From Hyalangium minutum (lineage in GTDB: Bacteria; Myxococcota; Myxococcia; Myxococcales; Myxococcaceae): 64,000 nucleotides of DNA. Both the position numbers and the translations under genes were made by a program. Every line of letters starts with the position of its first letter. Within the stretch, counting starts at the first letter, position 1. The stretch is taken from contig NZ_JMCB01000015.1 in the NCBI RefSeq assembly GCF_000737315.1, positions 1 to 64,000 on the forward strand. The letters run 5' to 3'. The notes under the pieces are model-generated. The model saw only the letters and a program-made list of their open reading frames with translations, searched no databases and had not been told where the DNA came from. Of this stretch, positions 50,948-60,749 are shown in pieces.

Positions 50948-52804
50948 ATGAGCAAGACTGTCCGAGTCACCCTGGCGCAGGCGATCGTCCGGTTCCTCGA
51001 TGCCCAGCGCGTCTCGCGGGATGGCGAGGTGCACCGCTTCTTCCGAGGCGTCTTTGGCATCTTTGGCCACGGCAACGTGACAGGCATGGGCCAGGCCCTG
51101 GAGGAGCACGAGGGCGAACTGCCCTACTTCCAGCCCAAGAACGAGCAGGGCATGGTCCACACGGCCATCGCCTACGCGAAGGCTCGGCGAAGGCTCTCCA
51201 CCTTCGCCTGCACCAGCTCCATCGGGCCGGGCGCCACCAACATGGTCACTGGGGCAGCCACGGCGACCATCAACCGGCTGCCCGTCCTCCTGCTTCCTGG
51301 AGACATCTTCGCCAGCCGGACGCCCCAGCCCGTGCTGCAGCAGCTCGAGTTCCCTCACTCCATGGATGTGAGCGTGAACGACTGCTTCCGCCCGGTGTCC
51401 AAGTACTGGGATCGGATCCAGCGGCCCGAGCAGATCCTCTCCGCGCTCCCAGAGGCCATGCGGGTGCTCGCCGATCCCGCGGAGACTGGCGCCGTGACGC
51501 TGTGTCTCCCGCAGGATGTGCAGGCCGAGGCTTTCGACTGCCCCGCGCACTTCCTCCAGGAGCGGGTCCACGTCGTCGAGCGCCGGCCATGTTCCCGAGA
51601 GCGCATCGCGGAGGCTGCGGCGCTCCTGCGGCATGCCAAGCGGCCGTTCTGCATCGCAGGCGGTGGAGTGCACTACGCCGCCGCCGAGGAGGCACTCCGG
51701 CGCTTCTCCGACGCGACGGGCATTCCTGTGGGCGTCACTCAAGCCGGCATGGGCGCCTTGCCCGACTCGCATGGCGCGTGTCTTGGGGCTGTCGGTGTCA
51801 CAGGGACGGGCGCTGCCAACCGCATTGCCAGTGATGCGGATGTCATCCTCACCGTGGGCACGCGCCTGTCGGACTTCACGACGGCCTCGAAGACCCAATT
51901 CCAGGCGGAGGGCGTGCGCTTCATCGCCCTCAACGTCAACGCGTTCGATGCCGCCAAGCACGGAGCGCTCCCTCTCGTGGGGGACGCGAGGCTGGCGCTC
52001 GAAGAACTCACGAAGGCACTGGAGGGGTGGCGCATCCTTGCGAGCTATGGGACCGAGATCGCCTCGGTTCGGGAGGAGTGGGCGGAAGTCCGGGAACAGC
52101 TCACGCGCTCTCTGGATGGCCGGCTCACCCAGGCCGAGGTGATCCGCGTGCTCAACGAAGAGGCGGGACCTGGTTCCACCATCGTCCACGCGGCCGGCGG
52201 CATCCCTGGCGATATCCACAAGCTCTGGCGCGCCAAGGAGCCGGACGACTACCACTCCGAATACGGTTACTCGTGCATGGGCTACGAGATCGCCGGAGCG
52301 CTCGGCGTCAAGCTCGCGCGTCCCGAGCGCGAGGTCTATGCGCTCCTGGGCGATGGCAGCTACCTCATGCTGAGCCAGGAACTGCTGACGTCCATCCAGG
52401 AGGGAGCGAAGATCACGGCCGTCCTCCTCGACAACCACGGGTACCAGTGCATCCACAACCTGCAGCGCGGATCGGGGAGCCGGGGCTTCGGCAACGAATT
52501 CCGTGCCAGGAAGGGCCCCAAGCTCGAGGGTGAGCACCTTCCAGTCGACTTCGTCCAGAATGCCCAGAGCCTGGGGGCGAAGACCTTCACCGCGACGACT
52601 GCCGCCGAGCTCTCGCATGCGCTCCGTGAGGCGAAGAACCAGCCCACCAGCTGCCTCATCTACATCCCGCTCGAGGGCAGCGCGGGGCTGCCGGGAACGT
52701 CCTGGTGGGACGTTCCCATCGCCGAGGTGAGCTCCTCCTCTTCTGTGCGGGAGAAGCACGCAGCCTACGAAGAGGCGAAGAAGAAGCAGCGGTTCCACTA
52801 CTGA
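50948..52804 (+). CDS. iolD: 3D-(3,5/4)-trihydroxycyclohexane-1,2-dione acylhydrolase (ThDP-dependent)
   Basis: FGIFGHGNV, NEQGM, TSSIGPGATNM, LEFP...SVNDCFRPVS, EYGYSCMGYE, GDGSYLM..DN.GY.CI. Confidence 0.96.
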   Translation: MSKTVRVTLAQAIVRFLDAQRVSRDGEVHRFFRGVFGIFGHGNVTGMGQALEEHEGELPYFQPKNEQGMVHTAIAYAKARRRLSTFACTSSIGPGATNMVTGAATATINRLPVLLLPGDIFASRTPQPVLQQLEFPHSMDVSVNDCFRPVSKYWDRIQRPEQILSALPEAMRVLADPAETGAVTLCLPQDVQAEAFDCPAHFLQERVHVVERRPCSRERIAEAAALLRHAKRPFCIAGGGVHYAAAEEALRRFSDATGIPVGVTQAGMGALPDSHGACLGAVGVTGTGAANRIASDADVILTVGTRLSDFTTASKTQFQAEGVRFIALNVNAFDAAKHGALPLVGDARLALEELTKALEGWRILASYGTEIASVREEWAEVREQLTRSLDGRLTQAEVIRVLNEEAGPGSTIVHAAGGIPGDIHKLWRAKEPDDYHSEYGYSCMGYEIAGALGVKLARPEREVYALLGDGSYLMLSQELLTSIQEGAKITAVLLDNHGYQCIHNLQRGSGSRGFGNEFRARKGPKLEGEHLPVDFVQNAQSLGAKTFTATTAAELSHALREAKNQPTSCLIYIPLEGSAGLPGTSWWDVPIAEVSSSSSVREKHAAYEEAKKKQRFHY

Positions 52805-52827
52805 CGGAGCACTCTCGGAGGACCCCT

Positions 52828-53724
52828 ATGCCAGAGAACCTCAAGGTGCAGGTGGGCGCCCAGCCCATCAACTGGTGCAACGATGACTTCCGAGACCTCG
52901 GGGCTTCCATCTCCTTGGACCAGTGTCTGAGCGAGATGCGTCAGGCGGGCTACGCAGGCACGGAGCTGGGCCACCGGTTCCCCCAGTCTGGCGCTGAGGT
53001 CCGCGCGCTGCTGGAGCGCTACGGGCTGAGGCTCGCTTCCGGCTGGCACAGCACGTACCTGGCTTCCCGGCCCTATGCAGAGGAGGAGAAGTCCTTCGAC
53101 GCGCACATGGCCCGGCTCCAAGCCGCAGGCAGTCGTGTGATCATCGTTGCCGAGTGCACACACGCCATCCACTCGGAAGGCTCGAAGCCGCTGCGCTTCG
53201 CCTCGGGTCAAGAGCTGCTCGACGCGAGTGCCTGGACCCGCGTCTACGAGGGGCTCGACCGGCTCTCTGAGCGCGCCGCTGCCGCCGGGATGAAAGTGGC
53301 CTATCACCCCCACATGGGCACGGTGATCCAGGACGCCCGGGACGTGGCGCAGCTCATGGAGCGGACGAAGGTGCTCTCGCTCCTGCTCGACACTGGGCAC
53401 CTGGCCTTCGCGGGCTCGGATCCGCTCGCGGTGCTGCGCGCCCACGGGCCGCGTGTCGCGCACGTCCACCTGAAGAACATCCGCCCGGCGGTGGTGGAGG
53501 AGGTCCGCTCGAAGCGCTGGAGCTTCGAGGCCGCCGTTCGCGCCGGCGCCTTCACCGTCCCAGGTGACGGAGGCATCGACTACCGGCCCATCTTCGAGCA
53601 CCTGTCCAAGCTCGGGTACTCGGGCTGGTGGATCGTGGAGGCCGAGCAGGATCCGGCGAAGGCGAACCCGCTCGAGTACGCGCTGCGCGGGCGGCACTAC
53701 ATCCGGGAGCTCGCGGGCGTCTGA
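52828..53724 (+). CDS. iolE: myo-inosose-2 dehydratase
   Basis: QPINWCNDD, GTELG, YHPHMGT, LDTGH, HVHLKN, FTVPGDG, EAEQDP. Confidence 0.95.
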   Translation: MPENLKVQVGAQPINWCNDDFRDLGASISLDQCLSEMRQAGYAGTELGHRFPQSGAEVRALLERYGLRLASGWHSTYLASRPYAEEEKSFDAHMARLQAAGSRVIIVAECTHAIHSEGSKPLRFASGQELLDASAWTRVYEGLDRLSERAAAAGMKVAYHPHMGTVIQDARDVAQLMERTKVLSLLLDTGHLAFAGSDPLAVLRAHGPRVAHVHLKNIRPAVVEEVRSKRWSFEAAVRAGAFTVPGDGGIDYRPIFEHLSKLGYSGWWIVEAEQDPAKANPLEYALRGRHYIRELAGV

Positions 53725-53759
53725 GTCCCTGGGCAGTCCCCACACATGCAGGGAAGGGT

Positions 53760-54818
53760 ATGGCTCTCACACGGATGCATCAGACCGTCGCACTGGGCAC
53801 CGAGTTCTGGAATGACTCCTGCGCGCTCCCCGAGCTGAAGGAGGCCATCGAGAACGGCGCCGTCGGTGCCACCTCCAACCCCGTCATCGTCGGCGCCGCT
53901 GTGAGCAGCGACAAGGTGCGGTGGCTGCCGGTGCTCGACCGCATGCTGCGCGAGAACCCCGAAGACACCGAAGACGACGTGACGTGGAAGCTCATCGAGG
54001 CCGTCGCGAGAGAGGCCGCCTCCCTGCTGCTCCCCATCCACGAGGCCACCCAAGGCCGCCATGGGTTCCTCTGCGTGCAGGTGAGCCCCAAGCTGTACCG
54101 GTCCACCGAGTGGATGATTGAGCACGGCGTGACGCTCGCCGCGCTCGCGCCCAACATCGCCATCAAGTGCCCCTCCACCCAGGAGGGCATCGCAGCGATG
54201 GAGGAGCTCATGGCCCGAGGCATCAACGTCAACGCCACCGTGAGCTTCACCGTGCCGCAGGTGCTGGCCACGGCTGAGGCCCTCGAGCGGGGCATCGAGC
54301 GCGCGCTCAAGTCCGGCATCCCCCGGGAGCGGTTGCACCCCTATGTGACGATCATGGTCGGAAGGCTCGATGATCACCTGAAGCGGTTGGCCGAGCGGGA
54401 CGCCATCCTCGTCGATCCGGGCTACCTGAACTGGGCAGGCATCGCGGTGTTCAAGCGGGCGCGCCAGTTGTTCCTCCAGCGCCAGTACCGGAGCAAGCTG
54501 CTGGCAGCCGCGTACCGCCACCACCTGCACTGGTCGGAGCTCATCGGCGAGGATTCCATCCAGAGTATTCCCTACACGTGGTGGAAGCAGTTCAACGCCT
54601 CGGACATCGCGCCGCGCAAGACCTTGTCCGAGCCTGTCAGCTCGGAGATCGTCGAGACGCTCCGCCGGAAGTTCCCCGACTTCGTCCGCGCCTATGATGA
54701 GGAGGGCATGCGCCCGGAGGACTTCGCCGGGTATGGGGCCTCCGTCCACACCCTGCGGCAGTTCCTCGGCGGCTATCAGCAGCTCGTGGAGTGGGTGCGG
54801 GAGCGGATGCTGCCGTAG
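53760..54818 (+). CDS. Transaldolase-family protein (atypical active site)
   Basis: FWNDS, ATSNP, Schiff-base Lys in IAIKCPST, NVNATVSFT, MVGRLDD; the Glu position reads CVQVSP. Confidence 0.88.
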   Translation: MALTRMHQTVALGTEFWNDSCALPELKEAIENGAVGATSNPVIVGAAVSSDKVRWLPVLDRMLRENPEDTEDDVTWKLIEAVAREAASLLLPIHEATQGRHGFLCVQVSPKLYRSTEWMIEHGVTLAALAPNIAIKCPSTQEGIAAMEELMARGINVNATVSFTVPQVLATAEALERGIERALKSGIPRERLHPYVTIMVGRLDDHLKRLAERDAILVDPGYLNWAGIAVFKRARQLFLQRQYRSKLLAAAYRHHLHWSELIGEDSIQSIPYTWWKQFNASDIAPRKTLSEPVSSEIVETLRRKFPDFVRAYDEEGMRPEDFAGYGASVHTLRQFLGGYQQLVEWVRERMLP

Positions 54819-54830
54819 CCCTGCGCGGGC

Positions 54831-55823
54831 TTACAGAGCAATCGGCACGGGCTTGCCCAGCTTCAGAGACTGGAGCGCCGCATCCGCGAGGACGAGCGCC
54901 GCCCGGCCATCGCGGCCCGTCACCAGGGGCGCTACACCCCCGGTGGAGACCTCGAGGAAGTGCTCCAGCTCGGCGCGATAGGCCTCGGGGTAGCGGTCCA
55001 GGAAGAAGTGATACGGCTTGTCGGAGAGCACGGCCTCGCTCGTGTAGCGCGTGACGGTGGTGGGCGTCGGGTTGGCCGCCTGGAGCATCCCCTTCGAGCC
55101 GAAGACCTCGATGCGCTGATCGTAGCCGTAGGCCGCGCGCCGGCTGTTGTCGATGTGGCAGAGCGCGCCGCGCCGGGTTTTGAGGATCACCATCGCCGTG
55201 TCGATGTCGCCCGCCTCGGCGATCTCCGGATTCACCAGGCACGAGCCCGTGGCGAAAACTTCCACGGGCTCCTCGCCCAACAGGAAGCGCGCCATGTCCA
55301 GGTCGTGGATCATCATGTCGCGGAAGATGCCGCCTGAGGTCCGGATATAGGAGACCGGCGGCGGCGCCGGGTCCCGGCTGGTGATCTTGACGATCTCCAC
55401 CTCGCCCGCCTCTCCCCGGCGGACGGCCTCCCGCAGGGCGCGGAAGTTCGGGTCGAAGCGGCGGTTGAAGCCGAGCACCAGCGGGACCCCCGAGCGCGAC
55501 ACCTCCTCCAGGCACGCGTCCACCTTCGCGAGGTCCAGGTCGATGGGCTTCTCGCAGAAGATGGGCAGCTTGCGCCGCGCCGCCTTGAGGATGAGCTCCA
55601 CGTGGGTGTCCGTGGAGGTGCAGATGAAGACCCCCTGCACCTCGGGATCCGCGAGCACGGCATCCACATCCGCCGAGGCCTTCGCGCCATACCGCTCGGC
55701 GGCAGCCTTCGCGGAGGCGGCGTTCACATCCACCACGGCGTGTAGCTTCGCGCGGGGATGGTGGTGAATGTTGGCGGCGTGAATCAGCCCAATGCGTCCG
55801 GCACCCAAGAGAGCAATCCGCAT
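54831..55823 (-). CDS. iolG: Inositol 2-dehydrogenase
   Basis: GAGRIG, FCEKPID, GFNRRFDP, SRDP, GGIFRDMMIHDLD, YGYDQRIEVFGSKG. Confidence 0.93.
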   Translation of the reverse strand: MRIALLGAGRIGLIHAANIHHHPRAKLHAVVDVNAASAKAAAERYGAKASADVDAVLADPEVQGVFICTSTDTHVELILKAARRKLPIFCEKPIDLDLAKVDACLEEVSRSGVPLVLGFNRRFDPNFRALREAVRRGEAGEVEIVKITSRDPAPPPVSYIRTSGGIFRDMMIHDLDMARFLLGEEPVEVFATGSCLVNPEIAEAGDIDTAMVILKTRRGALCHIDNSRRAAYGYDQRIEVFGSKGMLQAANPTPTTVTRYTSEAVLSDKPYHFFLDRYPEAYRAELEHFLEVSTGGVAPLVTGRDGRAALVLADAALQSLKLGKPVPIAL

Positions 55824-55905
55824 GGGCTGACCATACACCTGGGCCTTCCGCGCTTCTCCCTGGCGCGGTGCCATGTGTCGAGCACTCGGCGAATCGGGAG
55901 TCGCG

Positions 55906-56463
55906 CTACTTCGCGGCCTCGGCGCGCAGCCGCTCCAGGAAGAAGGCCACCACCACGAGCGAGTGGGTGATCTTCCCCTCCAGGATGAGGCGCGGTACCT
56001 CGGCGCGGGGGAACAGCTCCACGCTGATGTCCTCGCCGTGGTCCTGCTTCCCCTCGTGACGCTTCACGCTGTCCAGCGCCAGGAAGGAGTGGCACCGGTT
56101 GCCCTGCAGCGCCGGGTTCGGATGCACCGAGCCCAGGGACACCAGGCGGCCCGGCACGTAGCCCGTTTCCTCCTCCAGCTCGCGCGCCGCCGCGATGGCC
56201 GGATCCTCGCCCCGATCCACGAGCCCGCCTGGAATCTCCAGCGTCACTTCCTTCGTCCCGAAGCGGTACTGCCGGATGAGCACCAGCTGATCCTCCGGCG
56301 TCACCGCGATGATGTTGCACCACTCGGGCGTGTCGATGAACACGCGAGGGTGCTCCTGACCGGTGCGCGGATCCGCGTACATGTCCTGGCGGACCTTGAG
56401 GATGGTGTAGTCGTGCTCGAGCCCCAGGCGCAGTCGCGGCCAGGGGCGGGGATGCTGGGACAC
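55906..56463 (-). CDS. NUDIX hydrolase (ADP-ribose pyrophosphatase-like)
   Basis: GGLVDRGED..AAARELEEETGY Nudix box; RQYRF. Confidence 0.92.
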   Translation of the reverse strand: MSQHPRPWPRLRLGLEHDYTILKVRQDMYADPRTGQEHPRVFIDTPEWCNIIAVTPEDQLVLIRQYRFGTKEVTLEIPGGLVDRGEDPAIAAARELEEETGYVPGRLVSLGSVHPNPALQGNRCHSFLALDSVKRHEGKQDHGEDISVELFPRAEVPRLILEGKITHSLVVVAFFLERLRAEAAK

Positions 56464-56476
56464 AAAGCCTCCAGAG

Positions 56477-57337
56477 TCAGTTCAGGTTGGCCAGCCGCTC
56501 GCGCAGATCCTTGGCCATCAGCTCCAGCCGCTCGCGATCCGGCGCCTCGGGCGACAGCTCCAGGCACCGCTCCACGTCCTTCAGCCCGGCCCGGAACGCT
56601 CCTACCTTCGACAGCAGCAGCGCACGCGTGCGCAGCTCGCCCGGGTGGTCCGGTGCCAGCAGCAGCAGCAGGTCCACCACCGCCAGCCCGCGCTCGGCGT
56701 CCTCGTGCTCCAGGTACACGCGCTTGAGGTTGGAGAGCATCCGGTAGGTGATGAGCTCCACCGGCGCCGGCGTCAGCTTGGCCGGATCGAAGCGCAGCTG
56801 CGGCGCCACCCGCTTGAGCAGCTCCTCGCAGCCTGTCTCCGTGAGGATGTCCCCGTTGTGGTACGGATCCACCACCAGTTTGTGGCTGCCCGTGTTGCAC
56901 GCCACCAGGAAGTGCCCGGGGAAGGCCACGCCGTACAGCGGAATGCCCGCCCGCCGCGCCACCTCCAGGTACACCACCGAGAGGGTGATGGGCAGCCCCA
57001 CCTTGTGCTCCAGCACATGGTCCAGGAAGCTGTTCTCCGGCGAGTAGTACTCCCTCTCGTTGCCGCGGAAGCCCTCGATGTCCGCCAGCACGTGGCGCAG
57101 GGCTCTCAGCCGAGCCAGCGACAGCCCATCGTCCAGGTGGCGCTCCACCTCGACCTGCACGCGGGCTGCCAGGGCATCCAGCGTGTGAAGACAGGCCGGC
57201 GCATCCAGGGAGGGAGTGGCGAGCGTGGCGATGGCCAGCGCCGCCAGATCCAGTCGAGGCGGATCGGCCGCCAGGGCCGACACCAACCGCTCCCGGGCGA
57301 GCGGAGAGCCGAATCCAGAGGGAAAGTTCACGGGCAA
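56477..57337 (-). CDS. SirB1/YchA-family protein (transglutaminase-like + TPR)
   Basis: YYSPENSFL..VL..K.GLPITLSVVY, GVAFPGHFL, RMLSNLK, C-terminal TPR. Confidence 0.9.
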   Translation of the reverse strand: MPVNFPSGFGSPLARERLVSALAADPPRLDLAALAIATLATPSLDAPACLHTLDALAARVQVEVERHLDDGLSLARLRALRHVLADIEGFRGNEREYYSPENSFLDHVLEHKVGLPITLSVVYLEVARRAGIPLYGVAFPGHFLVACNTGSHKLVVDPYHNGDILTETGCEELLKRVAPQLRFDPAKLTPAPVELITYRMLSNLKRVYLEHEDAERGLAVVDLLLLLAPDHPGELRTRALLLSKVGAFRAGLKDVERCLELSPEAPDRERLELMAKDLRERLANLN

Positions 57338-57383
57338 GGACTAACCCACCTGCCGCCGAACGGCAAAGGCAGGCGGCCGTTCG

Positions 57384-57662
57384 TCAGGTTGCTGCGGGTG
57401 GACGGTAGGGAAGACGACCTTTGATCTCGGCCTTCAGGGCGATCTGCGCGGAGATGAGCCCCGCCAGAATCCCATCTTCATACTCGAAGGTGGGATGTTC
57501 CCTGAGTTCCGGGAAGTCGTGTGCGTTGCGCAGGTCCTCGGGACCGATGTTGGGCACCGCCTCGCGGGCCAGGCGCAGCACCTTGGCCTGTTGCTGCGAA
57601 ATCATCCGCTCGAAGAGCGGATGGGCGAGCGCCAACATCTCCTCTGCTGTCTCTTCCTTCAT
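57384..57662 (-). CDS. Conserved hypothetical protein (92 aa)
   Basis: AGGA SD before the ATG at 57662; DLRNAHDFPEL..FEYEDG; operonic position. Confidence 0.7.
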   Translation of the reverse strand: MKEETAEEMLALAHPLFERMISQQQAKVLRLAREAVPNIGPEDLRNAHDFPELREHPTFEYEDGILAGLISAQIALKAEIKGRLPYRPPAAT

Positions 57663-57685
57663 ACGTCCTGCCTCACTGCTTCCGG

Positions 57686-59290
57686 CTACTTCTGGGCGAT
57701 GTCCCATTTCAACCGCTCGTAGCTCTTGCGGAAGGAGAGGGCATCCTCCTCAATAGCGCCCTTTTTGTCCTCGCGCCCGTCCAGGAACGCCACGAACTCC
57801 AACTGCCGGTCCGGCTTGTCGTACTCCTGGTCGAACAGCTTGACGATCTCGTTGGCGGGAAGGGTGCGCCGGCCGGCCACGTCCACCAGGTTGATTTGGA
57901 TGCCCTTCACGTCCTTGGAGGGCGCGTAGGACTTGTAGACCAGCTCCGTGCACACCAGCGTCGAGTCCGAGAAGAAGTCGAAGTTGAAGTCGTACGGACG
58001 GCCCTGGTACGTGAACGCACGGACGATGGCCTGGGCCTTGTCCTTCTTGGTCAGCCGCGGCCGCATGACGCCCATGTAGTCCACGCGCATGCCGTGCTCG
58101 GGGCCGGTGAAGGAGACGCCCTCGCTGATGGCTTCGATGATGCGGATGGGGTCCCCGTGCTCGTCCTTGCCCGTGTACTGGGTCCACTTGGCGGGGAAGC
58201 TCTTGGACAGGTGCTCGGCCAGCGTCTTCGGCTTGCCGGACAGGGTGGCCAGCCACGCCTGCACCTCCGCGTCCCCGTCGAAGTAGGCGGAGACGTGCTC
58301 CGGCGTGCCCACGTACAGCTCGGCGTGCGGCCAGAAGCCCGGCAGGCCGATGTTGGAGAGGAACCAGTTCTGCCGGGCCACGATGATGTCGCCCGGCTCC
58401 ATCTTCTCCATCACCTTGAAGACCTGCTCACGGGAGATGAGCGGCTTGCCCTGGCGGCGGACGCGGGTGTCGCCCATCCACTCGGCCACGTTCTTCTGCA
58501 CGGGGAAGATGGCGCGCGAGGCGCTGTCCACCACGATGTCCTTGGCCGCCGTGGTGAAGAAGGAGGGGCCGCGCTTGAGCAGCTTGCCCTTGGCCACCTT
58601 GGAGTTCTCCTTCATCTCCTGGATGACCCAGGAGGTGAGCTTGAAGTTGAGCGCGCCCGCCTTGGACAGGAAGGGCCGCACCTGCTCGCGGTACGTGTCA
58701 CCCGTGACGAGCTGGGTGGCGGTGGAGACGTGGATGACCTTCTCCTTGAAGTGGGCGAAGGCGCGCTCGGGGATGCCGTAGTCCGCCGAGGGCTCGTCCA
58801 GGAGCACCTCGAGCTGCTTCTTGCCGTTGGTGAGCTCCGCGTAGGTGAGCCCGTGCGCGAGGATGGTGGTGAGCGCCCCATGGGTGAGCAGGAAGCCCCA
58901 GGCGTGCTTCTTGGGCTGGGTGATTCCGGGCACCTTCACGAAGTCCCAGTAGCGCTGGCGGATCTGCTCGGTGGAGGCGAAGTAATCGAAGAAGGCCGCC
59001 CACGTGGTGAGCAGCGTCTGCTTCTGCTCCGGCGAGTAGGGGATGTCCTGCTTCTGGTTGTAGAGCGCCAGGTTCTTCTTGATCTGCTCCTGCAGCCCGC
59101 GCAGGCCGTTGGCGTAGCGCTGGAGCGCCTCGAGATCGAGCTGGGCCTGGGCCACGAAGGCCTCATCGTCCCAGTCATAGATGTTGGAGGGCTCGGCCTC
59201 GGCGGCAGGAGGGGAGGAGGGAGCGGCAGCCTGAGGGGGAGGGGAGCCAGCGAGCGTGAGCTGGGCCAGAAGCAGGGAGGTGACGAGCAT
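57686..59290 (-). CDS. YiiX/YebB-like permuted papain (NlpC/P60) hydrolase with long N-terminal helical region
   Basis: Signal peptide; PGDIIVAR, PGFWPHAELY, YDFNFDF..LVCTELV (His before Cys, permuted). Confidence 0.85.
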   Translation of the reverse strand: MLVTSLLLAQLTLAGSPPPQAAAPSSPPAAEAEPSNIYDWDDEAFVAQAQLDLEALQRYANGLRGLQEQIKKNLALYNQKQDIPYSPEQKQTLLTTWAAFFDYFASTEQIRQRYWDFVKVPGITQPKKHAWGFLLTHGALTTILAHGLTYAELTNGKKQLEVLLDEPSADYGIPERAFAHFKEKVIHVSTATQLVTGDTYREQVRPFLSKAGALNFKLTSWVIQEMKENSKVAKGKLLKRGPSFFTTAAKDIVVDSASRAIFPVQKNVAEWMGDTRVRRQGKPLISREQVFKVMEKMEPGDIIVARQNWFLSNIGLPGFWPHAELYVGTPEHVSAYFDGDAEVQAWLATLSGKPKTLAEHLSKSFPAKWTQYTGKDEHGDPIRIIEAISEGVSFTGPEHGMRVDYMGVMRPRLTKKDKAQAIVRAFTYQGRPYDFNFDFFSDSTLVCTELVYKSYAPSKDVKGIQINLVDVAGRRTLPANEIVKLFDQEYDKPDRQLEFVAFLDGREDKKGAIEEDALSFRKSYERLKWDIAQK

Positions 59291-59469
59291 CGGGTCTCCG
59301 AGAGGAGCGGAAGCGCGGCCAGCCTACCTCAGAAGCGCCCGGACACGGTTGGCTGCCTGGCCTGTGAGCGGTGCGGGCCGTGCCGCCCTGGGTGGTCCAA
59401 CGACTTCACCATCCCCAAGTTCAAGGAAAGCGCCCGGACCAGAAACCCGGGCAGAAAGGCAGAGACACG

Positions 59470-59787
59470 ATGGCTTACGGACAGGCGGAGAACCCGGCGC
59501 TGTCGATCCCCACTCACCTGGACGCCGTGGACTACCCGGTGTGGCGTGAGCAACTCGTGAGGGCAGCCGAGGACAACGGAGCGGACGTGAACGTCATCAA
59601 TGTCCTCAAGTTCCTGCCCCGCACGCGCTACGAATCCAAGGTGGAGGTCATGCGTGACCTGGCCGAGGCAGCCCGGAGGTTCGCCATGGGGGGGCTCCGG
59701 GACGACGACGGGGTGGACAGGGACCGGCGGAACATCGGCAGGGATCTGGTGGAGAACGCTCCGGAAGGCAACTCCCGTCACCCTTGA
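59470..59787 (+). CDS. DUF2795-family protein
   Basis: HLDAVDYPVWREQLVRAAEDNGA...LPRTRY.S..EV pattern. Confidence 0.8.
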   Translation: MAYGQAENPALSIPTHLDAVDYPVWREQLVRAAEDNGADVNVINVLKFLPRTRYESKVEVMRDLAEAARRFAMGGLRDDDGVDRDRRNIGRDLVENAPEGNSRHP

Positions 59788-59846
59788 GCAGAGATGGTGA
59801 AAGAGGCTCGCGGGCGCTGGCGGTTTCTGCCAGCGTTCGCGGCCGT

Positions 59847-60749
59847 ATGCGTTTCTCGGGAAGATGGATGTGGCTGGGCTGTGCCGTGGTGCTGGCGGGG
59901 TGTACCAAGCCCGCCTCCTCGCTGGTGCCGGAGGCGGGGGCTCCCCTCCCGGTGCGGCTCGACTTTCGTCCGCCTGTGGATCGGGCCATGACGGAGCGCG
60001 TGCAGACGGCGCGCACGGTGGAGCGGGCGGGCACGAAGCAGTCCGAGGAGGTGGACATGACCACCGTGACCCGCTTCACGCCGGCGGAGAGTGGCTGGCA
60101 GCTGGCCCAGACGGTGACGCGAGCCCGGATGACGCGTGGCGGCACACCCGTGGAGACGGTGGTGGACGATGTGCTCACGCGGCTGGGACTGCGGGTGCGG
60201 CTGGCGGCGGATGGGGCTTTCGTGAAGCTGGTGAACGCGGACGAGGGGCTGAAGGCGCTGCGACAGGTGGTGCCGGCGGGGCAGCAGGCCGGGCCGCTGG
60301 AGGCCTTCTTCGCACCCGAGGCCCTGGAGGCGCGGGCCCGCGAGGAGTGGGAGACGAAGTACGGCGGGCTGCTGCAGCGCAACCTCATGGTGGGGCAGCA
60401 CACGTGGGCGGTGGAGCGGTTCTCCTCGGCGGACGGTGAGGTGCGCTACGTGCTGGAGCGCACGGTGCAGGGCACGGAGCTGACGGACCAGGGCGACGCG
60501 CTGGTGCTGGGGCTGAAGTGCCTGGATGCGGTGCCGGACGACGCGCCCGAGGAGCTGCGAGAGCTGGTGGAGGAGGCAGGGAGCCCGGCGCTGACGCCCG
60601 GAGTGACGTGTGAGGGTGAGCAAGTGGTGGCGCGGGGCTACTTCGTGCCGATGCGGCGCAATCTCACCGTGCGCGCGAGGGTGGGCGACGCTACATGGAC
60701 GCTCGCGACGCAGACCCAGCTGGAGCTGTTGGAGGAGGCACGACGATGA
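59847..60749 (+). CDS. Hypothetical lipoprotein
   Basis: Lipobox VLAGC after ATG 59847; beta-rich body. Start uncertain. Confidence 0.7.
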   Translation: MRFSGRWMWLGCAVVLAGCTKPASSLVPEAGAPLPVRLDFRPPVDRAMTERVQTARTVERAGTKQSEEVDMTTVTRFTPAESGWQLAQTVTRARMTRGGTPVETVVDDVLTRLGLRVRLAADGAFVKLVNADEGLKALRQVVPAGQQAGPLEAFFAPEALEARAREEWETKYGGLLQRNLMVGQHTWAVERFSSADGEVRYVLERTVQGTELTDQGDALVLGLKCLDAVPDDAPEELRELVEEAGSPALTPGVTCEGEQVVARGYFVPMRRNLTVRARVGDATWTLATQTQLELLEEARR

